64,000 nt of DNA from an uncultured Planctomycetia bacterium (GCA_964634945.1 CAZWMG010000001.1:2405-66404), one strand, 5' to 3'. Positions 9,601-19,300 are shown, numbered from the stretch's first letter. Translations and numbers: made by a program. The notes: generated by a model from the sequence alone, not told the origin.

Positions 9601-12600
9601 ATCAACACCATTTTCTGTTGATGACTCTCATTAAATGCACGTATATAGTTATAGGATTCTAACGCCTCGCGCGACATAAGCGGCGGCGCCTGAGAGTTTT
9701 TTCTACCAGCATCTATAAGCAGTTTTTTATTGTCAGTATCCGCTAATTCAGAAAAAAGGCTATAGCCGCGTTCAGTATCATTGGGGCCATTGTTAATAAC
9801 AAAGGTTTTCATAAACATCTGAGGGATGACATCAATTCCTCTGAGAGGGTATATAAGCATATGCCCATCGCCTAATGCAGATGAGAATTGTTCCCAAAAA
9901 TCATAATAGTCCGTAACAGCCCTTTTCTTCCGGCTCTTTTGTTTTATCGTGCCTTTTTTCGCGTTCTCTCCGGCGGTAATTCTAAGATAATTAGACATAG
10001 ATTCATATTTTTCCTGATATAGATCAATTGCTTTTTGAATATTCTCTTTTACTTGACCTGATGATGAAGATTTTGACAGCTCTGCTTCTCCAATCTTCCC
10101 TTGGTTTATATCAATCCCGTATTCCAGTAATTGCTTATTATGTATTGTGCCGATATAATTAAGGCGCTCTTTAAATTCCATTAAAGAGGTTGCGAGCCGG
10201 TTGTAGAGGTTTGCATCCTTAAGATCGCTTTCAATCTTATTTAGCATAAAATAGATCTGGGCAATTTTCCTTATGCTATTTTCCTCACCATTTACACTCT
10301 TTAGGTTATAAATAAATTCAGCAGCATGCCTCTGCATACTTTTTGTTGTAATATCAGTAACAATTATTTCAAAGAACGATTTAAGCGGGTTAAATTGGGA
10401 GTGAAAGTCGATACCTAACATATTGCAGACAATATGGCCTAAAAACTTGCGCTTTAGGTAATTGCCTGTTTCTATTCCCTCAATGTAATTAAGGAATTCA
10501 TGAATGGGCGCCATCCCCGCTTTTGTTTTTGGCCAGTCAATCGGTATAATCGCGATATGGCTGTTTGTGCTTGTTAAATCAGTAAGTATCTCAGGGATTT
10601 CTTGAGGTTCATAATCCCCGTTGCCAGCTGAAGATGCTTTTACCTGAATGGCTGCCTCTTGTATCCGCAAACCGCTAATTTGCAATGTACCAAGCGGAGG
10701 ATGCATCAATTTGGCCGGCCTTAAGAAGGGCTGTTGTATGGATTTATTTTTGCCAAGCGGAAAAAGCTGATTGTCTCTTACGGATACTGGTTTTCGGCTA
10801 GTTCTAAAGGGTATCTTCATGTCTTCCGGTACAGGTATTATCAGGCAGGGGTTTTCAACATCGAAGAGGTTTTCGTCCTCTTCTATTTGCATTAGATCGC
10901 CTACTGTAAGAGGCGCGTTTTTTCTCGCATATATCTCCTTGAGCCTTTTTGTTAACAATGTTCCGTACGCGGTTTGATCAAAATCTGCTTCAGAAAAAAC
11001 TATGGGTAATTTTTGAGAGGGCGCTTTAGCTTGTTTTTGTTTAAGGTACTCCAATAGATTGGTTATGTAATCATACGAGAAGCAACTCAAATTCAAAAAT
11101 ATGACATTGTCTAGATCGCCCCTGTTAATAAGCGCCCTGCCAAGGTTGTTGAAGCCTATATTTTCGCTGCCTAAGGTTATCACCTTTTTGTTACCATGCC
11201 CCCTAAATACAAGAGTCAGGGGCCCCTTTGAGTCTGATATTTCATCTAGAACAGCCCCCCTTATATGCCTTCCTTTATGGTATGATATTCTTATTGGATC
11301 TGCTCCTGAGCTAAGTTCTATATTTTTTAACTCTTTCATATCAGAGTCAAATCTATTTTCATTGTTAAATACATTAATTATCCGTCTTTCTTTTGAAAAG
11401 AGCTCAGTCTTTAATATGGGGTGCGACCTTAATTTTAAAATAAAGTCAGTTGCTTTTTTGATGTCATAAATATTACCCATGTCTCTGTTGTACTGGAGTA
11501 GTAATCTGTAGGCTATTTGAGCAATAGAGTATCTCGTTATCTCTGTCTCATGCTTTGTTCTATCTTGAAAATATTTATTAAAATATATATTTTTGCACCA
11601 AAAACCGTGTTCATCAACCTGCTTAGGAAGCCTGGATGCCATATCTGCTCTGGAGCCAGGAGTGATAAGCTCAGGCCTTTCCTGCTTTATGTTCTTTAAG
11701 GCACTTATTAATGGTTTATAAGTAGGCCTGTCAGCGCCACCCATGCCTAAAATAGCTTCCAGAGTATTTACGATTGAAGGTGTAATAGATTTTATATTTA
11801 CAATTGTAACTCTCTCTAGAATATGCATTAATAGACTATATGCCTCATCATCCATGTGCAGTTTTTGTAAAGCAGATTCTATGGCCAGTATTGTTGATCT
11901 CCGGAAAAGATCGGCATTTAGAGATGCTATATCTCGAAAAGCGAACAATATGGTTTTGGGCGATACGTCACTTAAAGCGAGATTGCTTAACGCCTCTTCT
12001 AAAACTAAAAGAGCATTACGTTTTAATGGTGATTTCGACAAGGATATGCCTTTAAGGGCATCCACTGCAGCGTCATATGAAAGTGGGTTTAATCCGTTTT
12101 TGTTCATAATGGATTTTAACGCAAGAAGAGCCTCATTACTTAAGGCGCCATTGAGCAATACTATATCAGCCAATGTATTTACCGCGGCTTGATAGGATTC
12201 TACATCCAGGCCGGGCCTTGCAAGCGTAGATTCCAGGGTTATGATTGTTGAAAACCGAGGTGGGTCAGACCGGCCAAAAATGACATCTGATACGGCATAT
12301 AGCAGTATACCGTTAGTTTCTGAATTCAAATTTGCATCATTTAGTAGTGATTCTAAAGCAGAATAGGCCCTGTTGCTGAGACTGGAATCTGATAATGCAA
12401 TATCTCTTAATCCACCTACAGCTTTTTTGTGGTTGGCATTAGTATCGCTTTTAAGCATGTCTTCTTTTAAAGCGGCAACGATAGAATAGTTGTCCAGATC
12501 TTTCATCTCGTCGAATTGAACTGCAGCCTCTTTCTCTTGATAATAGCGATCAATGGCTATCTGCCCAAACCAGTCAAAGGGTATCAGCGCGATAACACCA

Positions 12601-14975
12601 AAAAGCAGCATGCTTAATAAGAGCGGCTTTCTATTTTTTTTGTACCTTGTTAATTTATACGCATTATTAAACAGAGAAAACGTTTCTATGTAATCGTAGG
12701 TTTTTTTCGTCTGCGTTATACCTGATGAGGATGTTTTGGTATTAGTATATCGCGGGACAACCGGGGCTGATGCGTCTCTTTGCCAAGGCTCTGTAGTAAA
12801 ATCATAGCCTATTGTTTTATTTTTACCGCAATCTTCATTTGATTGCGCCTCTTCGGGTGTGAGCATGTAGATAACAGATCTTATCCCGGTAGAGATGAAC
12901 CAAAACTGGCCAAGTGATAATGCAGGCAGAGCACACAAGAAAGAAGCTCCAATTATGGCAGGCAGTATTTTCCTTTTAAGTAGGAGCTTATATCTTGAGA
13001 AGCCACCCTGATTTTTAGTTGGAATTATATCTTTTAGCGGCTTATCTGTATCTATTGGGTATTTTGTTACAGTAGTACTGTTGTTTTGTTCTGAGAGTCC
13101 GCTTGATGATGCCTTAGAAAGTTCGAGACCTTCTTGAAGCATGCGTTTCTCAAACCAATTATCTCCGTTTATGAGTCTCTGTGTTTCAATCCAGTCTCTT
13201 AAAAATTCTTCCTCTTCTGAAAACCTTTCTTCAACTGTATTCGCGTATTCAGTGTCTGCCAAATCACCGGTATTAAGCGCCCCTACAAGCATATTGCTTA
13301 TGAAGTTAAGGATTGCGCCGGATTCTGGCATCTGGTTCAGCATCTGTCTTTGATACACTACTTCCTTACAGTTACTAGAGCCTATCTTTGGGCATATTAC
13401 GATGTAGGATACATCCAGTTTTTTTAGAATATTTACGATTCCTCGGGTATGAAAGCCGCCTGTGACAAGTATGCTTGAATCTTTTCCTTGAATAGCCATT
13501 CTACGCAAAGTGTTACTTATTAAGGCCTCATCTCTTTTTAGCGCTATTTGGTAGTAATGCAAGGCACTTTTATAGGCTGTTTTCTCAATAGAAGGGGGTG
13601 ATATTTTAATCTCTATGTTGTAGTATTTATTCTGACTGTTAATAAAAGATATTACCTCTGCGATGCTTATCTTCCCATGAAGAGCCATTAGCTCGTTTAA
13701 ATTATTTTCTGTAAGCTCTAATTTATATAGGTCAATACTTAGCTGTATGTATCTTATGTACCCATCAAAGAGCCTTTCTGTTTCGTTATTATAATGCAGA
13801 GCTCTAAGCGCTTTTAGAAGAGCGCCTATTTCATCAAATAGGCCCAGGCTATCTACGCTACCGGAAAGCCTTATATACTCAATATAATCAAATAGGTCCC
13901 TATAGTCAGCCCTGCCTAACAAGTCTGCGTTCAGGCCTATAATATGTTCAATATATTCATAGTAAGCAGACGCGCTTATCTTTTCCAGCTTTAGGTCAAT
14001 GCTGTTTTTAAGAAGTCTGTTTAAATCTTCGTTTTTAAGAATTTTTGATAGCTCTTTGACAAGGCCGTCTCTCTGTCTCTCTGCTTTCTTAAAGTCTATG
14101 CCATTTTTAAGAGACGCGGCTTGAGAGAATGCCTCAAGGCTTGGGTGGGCAGATATGTCCATATCGTTTTTCGCGGCCTCTTTTATGATAAACGACACAT
14201 ATTCTTCTAGTTGCAGATGTTTATTTTTATACGCCTCTTCCTTCTGATCTATTACTTTCAGAGGCATAGAGAAGATATAAGGTTTTAAGGCATTTAGATT
14301 GCTTTTTAGAGCCTGTAGGCAGACTATTATCTCTTTTTCATCGGCATTGTGTTTCCTATATGCCTTTACATGCTTTTTATATAGCCCCTTATCTTCTACT
14401 CCATATGCTTTTATTCCTTTGCCGGGATTTAGTATCTTATAATATTCCGGACCCGTAAAGAGCCCTTCCTGTAAAAAGAATTTAGAGGTTAGTTCTTTTG
14501 CTTGCGTTTTTGGGAACTGGTCATAGTGAGAGGTGTTCAGTTTATTAGATGCGCCTTCAAGGCATAATAAGCCTATATCATAATTCTCTTCTATCGTGGA
14601 AATAATATCTGCTATATTGAGTTGAGCTGTTGTATTGGCGTGGCAGTCTTGTATATGTACTATCAGGCCCTTGGACTTGCCTTTATAACTATATAATACA
14701 TTGCCAAGTTGCGCAGGCACTGTGAGCTTTAAGGCTTGTTCATCCTTCAGTAAATCATCTTTAAGAAAGCGCTGGGCATGGGAATTCTTAGAGAATAGAG
14801 TCCTGCCCCCCATTGCGTATGCGCCGGATGAATTTATGCTATAACATACAAGTATAATTATACTTATAATACGCAAAAAAAGTCTATTATTGGATTTTTG
14901 TTCTATAGGCATAGTTGTGTAGTTATTTATATGTTTATCATATGTTTTATAAAGTATAGCATAACTATACATCAA
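6696..14975 (-). CDS. giant exported multi-module protein 1 (TraB/TIKI-like N-domain; HEAT-like plus clan-CD-like protease; 2x MTase-like; GHKL ATPase); likely start ATG 14912
   Basis: 2759-codon ORF; signal/TM RIISIIILVCYSINSSGAYA; HIQDCH..LEG..KRD..GGFH; FRGHG..LSC; NAYD..DNGRG; two YPLRGID modules; six K-x-S-S-x-G linkers; ends LESA. Confidence 0.9.
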   Translation of the reverse strand: MMYSYAILYKTYDKHINNYTTMPIEQKSNNRLFLRIISIIILVCYSINSSGAYAMGGRTLFSKNSHAQRFLKDDLLKDEQALKLTVPAQLGNVLYSYKGKSKGLIVHIQDCHANTTAQLNIADIISTIEENYDIGLLCLEGASNKLNTSHYDQFPKTQAKELTSKFFLQEGLFTGPEYYKILNPGKGIKAYGVEDKGLYKKHVKAYRKHNADEKEIIVCLQALKSNLNALKPYIFSMPLKVIDQKEEAYKNKHLQLEEYVSFIIKEAAKNDMDISAHPSLEAFSQAASLKNGIDFKKAERQRDGLVKELSKILKNEDLNRLLKNSIDLKLEKISASAYYEYIEHIIGLNADLLGRADYRDLFDYIEYIRLSGSVDSLGLFDEIGALLKALRALHYNNETERLFDGYIRYIQLSIDLYKLELTENNLNELMALHGKISIAEVISFINSQNKYYNIEIKISPPSIEKTAYKSALHYYQIALKRDEALISNTLRRMAIQGKDSSILVTGGFHTRGIVNILKKLDVSYIVICPKIGSSNCKEVVYQRQMLNQMPESGAILNFISNMLVGALNTGDLADTEYANTVEERFSEEEEFLRDWIETQRLINGDNWFEKRMLQEGLELSKASSSGLSEQNNSTTVTKYPIDTDKPLKDIIPTKNQGGFSRYKLLLKRKILPAIIGASFLCALPALSLGQFWFISTGIRSVIYMLTPEEAQSNEDCGKNKTIGYDFTTEPWQRDASAPVVPRYTNTKTSSSGITQTKKTYDYIETFSLFNNAYKLTRYKKNRKPLLLSMLLFGVIALIPFDWFGQIAIDRYYQEKEAAVQFDEMKDLDNYSIVAALKEDMLKSDTNANHKKAVGGLRDIALSDSSLSNRAYSALESLLNDANLNSETNGILLYAVSDVIFGRSDPPRFSTIITLESTLARPGLDVESYQAAVNTLADIVLLNGALSNEALLALKSIMNKNGLNPLSYDAAVDALKGISLSKSPLKRNALLVLEEALSNLALSDVSPKTILFAFRDIASLNADLFRRSTILAIESALQKLHMDDEAYSLLMHILERVTIVNIKSITPSIVNTLEAILGMGGADRPTYKPLISALKNIKQERPELITPGSRADMASRLPKQVDEHGFWCKNIYFNKYFQDRTKHETEITRYSIAQIAYRLLLQYNRDMGNIYDIKKATDFILKLRSHPILKTELFSKERRIINVFNNENRFDSDMKELKNIELSSGADPIRISYHKGRHIRGAVLDEISDSKGPLTLVFRGHGNKKVITLGSENIGFNNLGRALINRGDLDNVIFLNLSCFSYDYITNLLEYLKQKQAKAPSQKLPIVFSEADFDQTAYGTLLTKRLKEIYARKNAPLTVGDLMQIEEDENLFDVENPCLIIPVPEDMKIPFRTSRKPVSVRDNQLFPLGKNKSIQQPFLRPAKLMHPPLGTLQISGLRIQEAAIQVKASSAGNGDYEPQEIPEILTDLTSTNSHIAIIPIDWPKTKAGMAPIHEFLNYIEGIETGNYLKRKFLGHIVCNMLGIDFHSQFNPLKSFFEIIVTDITTKSMQRHAAEFIYNLKSVNGEENSIRKIAQIYFMLNKIESDLKDANLYNRLATSLMEFKERLNYIGTIHNKQLLEYGIDINQGKIGEAELSKSSSSGQVKENIQKAIDLYQEKYESMSNYLRITAGENAKKGTIKQKSRKKRAVTDYYDFWEQFSSALGDGHMLIYPLRGIDVIPQMFMKTFVINNGPNDTERGYSLFSELADTDNKKLLIDAGRKNSQAPPLMSREALESYNYIRAFNESHQQKMVLIFKGFFYFLMYHGNSIEKIEDFLDTLFSKYFKDGDKVLILNQDDLIMFKNYLDKRAQSPQRSISSENFEFTKIIENSFRTFESEPQNIYDTNGRPRRVFIFPNAAAVFEKTLTPIDSTLSKAAGGKAHIPSRVGASLRRFIDSVGRIQDNNGEYWISLDNNLDLQDYNGCYSRIEKFYEEVAHLLEMLQVTIPGQKWGQNLYDMINMLLGNAYDSIGSFYDPAITPKEERPIDNYSGKIAISFDIETSNNETCFVVRVTDNGRGEDKRLPTRKQELMYTNNVFYSGGNGEALNIIYKAIKNKGALELDLVDSKKPSDKNKESEVTLSIPLRYLEIKKSSSSGTTPLITETSSGPHKENTRKAINQYQAEYEAMPNLLAMTAGESEKKVTTKQAESIRTEIALFKTFSKILPFDKKVRDVKKATKAIKKYKTKCEKINSLHEKRNGKTGIKDGNLIEDKGLKQRAITDYYNFWKELSSIFGEKYILLYPLRGIDVIPQICMKTLPINDDPNDLERGYSMFTEFAKITDKNLILDAARENNKKAPPISQEALDVSNYIQAFNDPKYPDQRRILILKGFFHFLSLDKDISEIDEFFDELFSKHFKEGDKLLILDKNDLKMFKNYLNRRKKTPFTEVYFRGFKFKSIVEEEFESPNIRPRGIWDIKGNPMRAFFVPNAAALYVLEYTDDAEPFIAQAPPKNGIIEKSSSGGIIKPFSQVSDQSEDAININAIAKQVISPTNTPLDFEHVSEFAATISKMDHSRPSAYIIERGNIFGATAQVIPSELFEAFEILSENGRPKTSLILDISKDELASLLEAYGVSELCDTIKSSEEILGKDIYDATAKDRSARIKALTGIETRLILGLGLKRANIGIVANPITDKTEGEFNALYNVPMLKERGIRVAKIKLSSITDKVISLPQALKALANMIDDNQADYISDYIIEILPVIVTAEEIQNAIVEYKRILELVLESA

Positions 14976-14992
14976 ATATGCTCAAAAGTCAA
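14964..14992 (-). promoter_or_regulatory. sigma70-type promoter of giant gene 1
   Basis: TTGACT-N17-TATAGT on the minus strand; overlaps the ORF-track start, supporting the ATG at 14912. Confidence 0.65.
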
Positions 14993-15076
14993 TTATTTTT
15001 GGGATTATCTGTAAAATTCCACAGGCATGGGATGATACTATGTAATAGTATACAAGGTATCTTCTGCTATTACCTG

Positions 15077-15463
15077 CTATGTTTTATTGCGCGGCTTCTT
15101 TCTACTATGTTTTTTGCTGACTATGTAATCTTCCAGTTCTTCAGGAGTCGATATCATAACATCGTAAAATTTGCCGAATTTCTCGCAATCCGGTGGGTTG
15201 TGCTTTCTGCAGATATCCGGGCGTCGTTCGTATATTGTGCACTTATTGTCCTTTGATAGATACCTGCATGCACTCTTGATCCATTGATACCAATGATGAT
15301 GCCTTATGTATATCTTAACATGAGTGAAATGAAGCTGCCACTTTAGATCATCTATCTCTTTGCGGTTAGCTGGCTTGCCTATTGCCAGAGCAAGATTCTT
15401 GCAACATATCGCGGGACAGCTTCTGCAATGCTTATCATGTGGAACGCCTGGTTTTCTTTTCAT
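15077..15463 (-). CDS. YkgJ family cysteine-cluster (CxxCxxxCC) protein
   Basis: CRSCPAICC...CRYL....CTIYERRPDICR. Confidence 0.85.
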   Translation of the reverse strand: MKRKPGVPHDKHCRSCPAICCKNLALAIGKPANRKEIDDLKWQLHFTHVKIYIRHHHWYQWIKSACRYLSKDNKCTIYERRPDICRKHNPPDCEKFGKFYDVMISTPEELEDYIVSKKHSRKKPRNKT

Positions 15464-15624
15464 GTTTATCTCTTTCTCTTTTTAATAATGTTGCTCTAAG
15501 TGTTTTTAAAAAATTGAAAAAAAATATCAATACCACTTGCCTAAACTGAAAACATAGGGCATACTTACTATGAAAAGATTAAGGAGATGAGACGATAACG
15601 AGAGTTCCCAGGCTTATCACCTAC

Positions 15625-15655
15625 AAAAAGACCTTCTACCAGGAAGGCCTTTTTT
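15625..15655. terminator. bidirectional intrinsic terminator
   Basis: AAAAAGACCTTC-taccag-GAAGGCCTTTTTT. Confidence 0.7.
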
Positions 15656-15703
15656 GTTTCTAGTAATATCTTTAAAAAGCCCTGTTACATATGAAAAAGT
15701 ATT

Positions 15704-16258
15704 CTAATACCAGAGATCCTTGTAAGCGCTGGTTTGATACTCTTTTTTGCCATCAGAATCATAAAACTCATCTGTCCTGCCGCTTAATTCAAGCGGCGGC
15801 GAGTACTCCTCCTCCGGATTAGGGTCATTGTCTCCTATGTATTGCCTGTCAATTAAATCACCTGATCTATTGTATATTCTGCGCTCTATCATTTTTTTAT
15901 CCGCACCATATGTAGTATCTGAGGCAAGCCTACCACCTATATACGTGCGCTTAATAGCTGCCCAGTCATCGACAGGGTCTCTGCATAATTTTCCATCAGT
16001 GCCATAGTAGCTCTCTTCAATCTGATTGCCATCTGTGTCAAACTTTTCAAATTTTTCCAGGCTGCCATCTTCACGATAGAAAGTCTTATTTACTATGTTT
16101 TCATGACCATCATAAGCTGTTTTCTCTCTAATCTTTTTATTGTCCCAATAGGCATCCTTCTCAGATTGGGCATATACGAAGTCAGGATAGGTATAAATTA
16201 TAGTCACTAAAACACAAGAAAGAATTAAAAAGGTTATATGCTTTGGTACTATGCTCAT
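15704..16258 (-). CDS. exported beta-hairpin repeat protein (MORN/YwqK-like)
   Basis: N-terminal hydrophobic segment; repeated YxxDG motifs (FYREDG, YYGTDG, TYGADK, FYDSDG). Confidence 0.65.
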   Translation of the reverse strand: MSIVPKHITFLILSCVLVTIIYTYPDFVYAQSEKDAYWDNKKIREKTAYDGHENIVNKTFYREDGSLEKFEKFDTDGNQIEESYYGTDGKLCRDPVDDWAAIKRTYIGGRLASDTTYGADKKMIERRIYNRSGDLIDRQYIGDNDPNPEEEYSPPLELSGRTDEFYDSDGKKEYQTSAYKDLWY

Positions 16259-16378
16259 AGGTTATCACTCCATTTTCACCTGCTTTTGTTATATTAGCAA
16301 AGATAAAGGCGCCGTGCAAGACTAATTGTTACAGATAGGAGTTTAATATAATTCAAATAATGTTTTAAAGGATGCTAA

Positions 16379-19300
16379 TTAGGCAGCGGAGGCTATTCTT
16401 TTTAAAGACGCATTTGCGCGGATTAACTCACGTACCCTGGGGAGGCTTTTACTTGGGTTTTCTCTTTTGTCAGGCAGGATATCAACATTGAATTCGCTAT
16501 TTGATAAAGCCTTTTCTTGACTACGAGGCATTGATAGCCCGGATGATGAGGACTTTGCATATATATCCTCGTATTGCTCATATATTCCCGCCTCTTGAGA
16601 TAAGAGGTATGCTTCCTGTTGATATATTGCAGGTTCAGCTGCGCCGCTATCATATAGATAAGCGCTCATTAATGAAGCGTTTTCTATTGCATCCGGGATA
16701 ATATCTATAAACGATGTGTTACTATTTGATATGGTATTATCTAGGCTTAGAGGCCTTTTACCAAGGGCAAGTTCTATGGACTCGGTATCGTAACCTCTGT
16801 CGACAAAAGCCAAATCTATTTCTGCGGAGGAGGGGCTAGTGCCGTGCGCAAGCTTGTATTCCCTGATAAAGATACCTATCTCTTTTCTTGCGCGTTTGAG
16901 GCTCTCCGGAAACGCGCTATAGTAATGTAACACTGGCACAAAGCGTAGAGATGAAAAGAGGTAAGATCTGTAGTCAGATTCCCCTATTTCACCAAGTAGC
17001 ATCTTGTGATAAACGTTAAAGTCTGTACTTATGCGCAGAAGAAGCTCCGCAGCAATAGAGAATTTATCTGTATCATGATAACAGCTCAGAGTGTCAGCGT
17101 AATTCTCAATTAATTTATCACGGACTTTTCTTCTTACATTTGCGTCAAAAGAGAAGAGCAGAAGCCCAGCCGTTACGTGCTCTTGATCGGATAGCTTTTC
17201 TTTTTCCAAGAAAGGCATAAGAGTAGCCACATCTTCAGTAACTCGTTTTGCTATATAGCTATTCAACGTTCTAATCTTACCGCTATCTTTATACAGGGTG
17301 TCAATGATTAAAAAAAGAACCTTTTGATGGATATTCCGCAATAACAGCCTGAATTCGATGTACTTTTCATCGTCTTCGGTAAAAGGCTTTTTAAATGAGG
17401 GCAACTCTCCTCTTCGCTTATATATATATTCTAATCCGTTTATCAGGTAATCCGTATTAGCTACTAGTCTTGCAACCAAGGCATCTGAAAATCCATGGCC
17501 GTTATTATCTTTAGTAGAATCCAACAATATCTTTGCGAGTAATTCTATCTCTTTTTCTGTACGCGAGCTTTGAAGTATGAGGGTGATATGCACGCCCTTT
17601 TTCATGCCAAGAGCTTTAAGCGTTTTTATTATCCTCACTATTTCCTCTTCATCGCGGGAACTTAGAAGTATTCTGGCAATATGAGTAGGATTCTTTATCT
17701 TTAGCGAATAAAGCTTTTTTACTATATCTTTTATCTCCTTCTCCTTGCGTGATGTATAAAGTATAGTGGTGATATGAGAGTTCTCTTTTATATTAAGGGA
17801 TATGAGCAATTTGATAATCCTTTTTATCTCTTCTCTGTCACGGGAGCTGCGAAGTACCATACTAATGTGACCATGATCCTTTATGTCAAGGGATCTGAGT
17901 AATTTGATAACTCTCTCTATTTCTTCTTCATCGCGAGAGCTGCGAAGCGCCCTAGCGATATGAACAGAGTCTTTTATCCCCAGTAGATAGAGTTTATTTA
18001 TTATATCTTTTATCTCTTTCTCCTTGCGCGAACTCTGAAGTATCGTGGATAGATGAGTGTTTTCTTCTATACCGTGAGCTCTAAGCATCTCGATTATCCT
18101 CTCTATCTCTTTTTCTTTGCGTGCGCTCTGAAGTATCGCGGTGAGATGAGAGCTCTTTATTATGCCAAGGGATTTGAGTAATTTGATGACTCTCTCTATT
18201 TCTTCTTCATCGCGGGAGCTATGAAGCGCCCTAGCGATATGAACAGAGTCTTTTATCCCCAGTAGATAGAGTTTATTTATTATATCTTTTATCTCTTTCT
18301 CCTTGCGCGAACTCTGAAGTATCGTGGATAGATGAGTGTTTTCTTCTATACCGAGAATTCTAAGCGTCTCGACTATCCTCTCTATTTCTTCTTCATCGCG
18401 GGAACTTAGAAGTATTCTGGCAATATGAGTAGGATTCTTTATCTTTAGCGAATAAAGCTTTTTTACTATATCTTTTATCTCCTTCTCCTTGCGTGATGTA
18501 TAAAGTATAGTGGTGATATGAGTACTTTTTTCAATGCCGAGAGCTTTAAGCGTTTTGATAATACGCTCGATCTCTTTTTTGTCTCGGGAAGTAGATAGTA
18601 TGCTGGCGATATGAGAACCGGTAAATATGTTATCGGAGCTGACATTGCGAAGTAACAAATAGCGAAATATGCCAAGCCTTCGCTCAAGTTTAATGAGTTT
18701 AGCTATCTTTTTTGCTTGGCTTTCGTTAAATATCAATCTTTCACCTATCGACAACCTCAGTAATGTTTCTACTATAATCGGATTTATGTGTTTTCTAAGC
18801 ACTGTCTTGCCATCCACGCTTTGTAGGAGTTGATGTATTCTACTTAGCATTTGGTCAACTGTTACGACCTCTTTAGGCCTAGTAGTAGCAATTGATAAAG
18901 TCCCGGATGATGAGGGCTTTGCATATATATCCTCGTATTGCTCATATATTCCCGCCTCTTGAGATAAGAGATATGCTTCCTGTTGATATATTGTGGATTC
19001 AGCTGCGCCGCCATCATATAGATAAGCGCTTATTAATGAAGCGTTTTCTATTTGATCCGGGACAAGATCCATAAGAGGAGTGTTGCTATTGGATGCGGCT
19101 CTGTCCAGGCTTAGTGCGCTTTTACCCATGGCGCGCATTATTGATTCTTCTTCATAACCTCTCTTGGAGAATTCATACAGAATGCTCAACTCTGAAGGCT
19201 CAGTCTCATGTGTTAATGTAAATTCCATTATATATTTTCTTATATATCTTCTAAGAGGTAGGAGGCTTTTCGGTAGGTCACTATAAAAATTTCTTTTATA

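Noticed and set aside
14913-14975. N-terminal 21 codons of giant 1 given in the ORF track
   Set aside because: A good sigma70 promoter overlaps this stretch; the ATG at 14912 gives a normal basic-then-hydrophobic signal sequence.
16538-19052. 151-bp near-identical pair as a DGR template/variable repeat
   Set aside because: Mismatches are mixed transitions rather than adenine-specific, both copies are in-frame in one ORF, and no reverse transcriptase is present.
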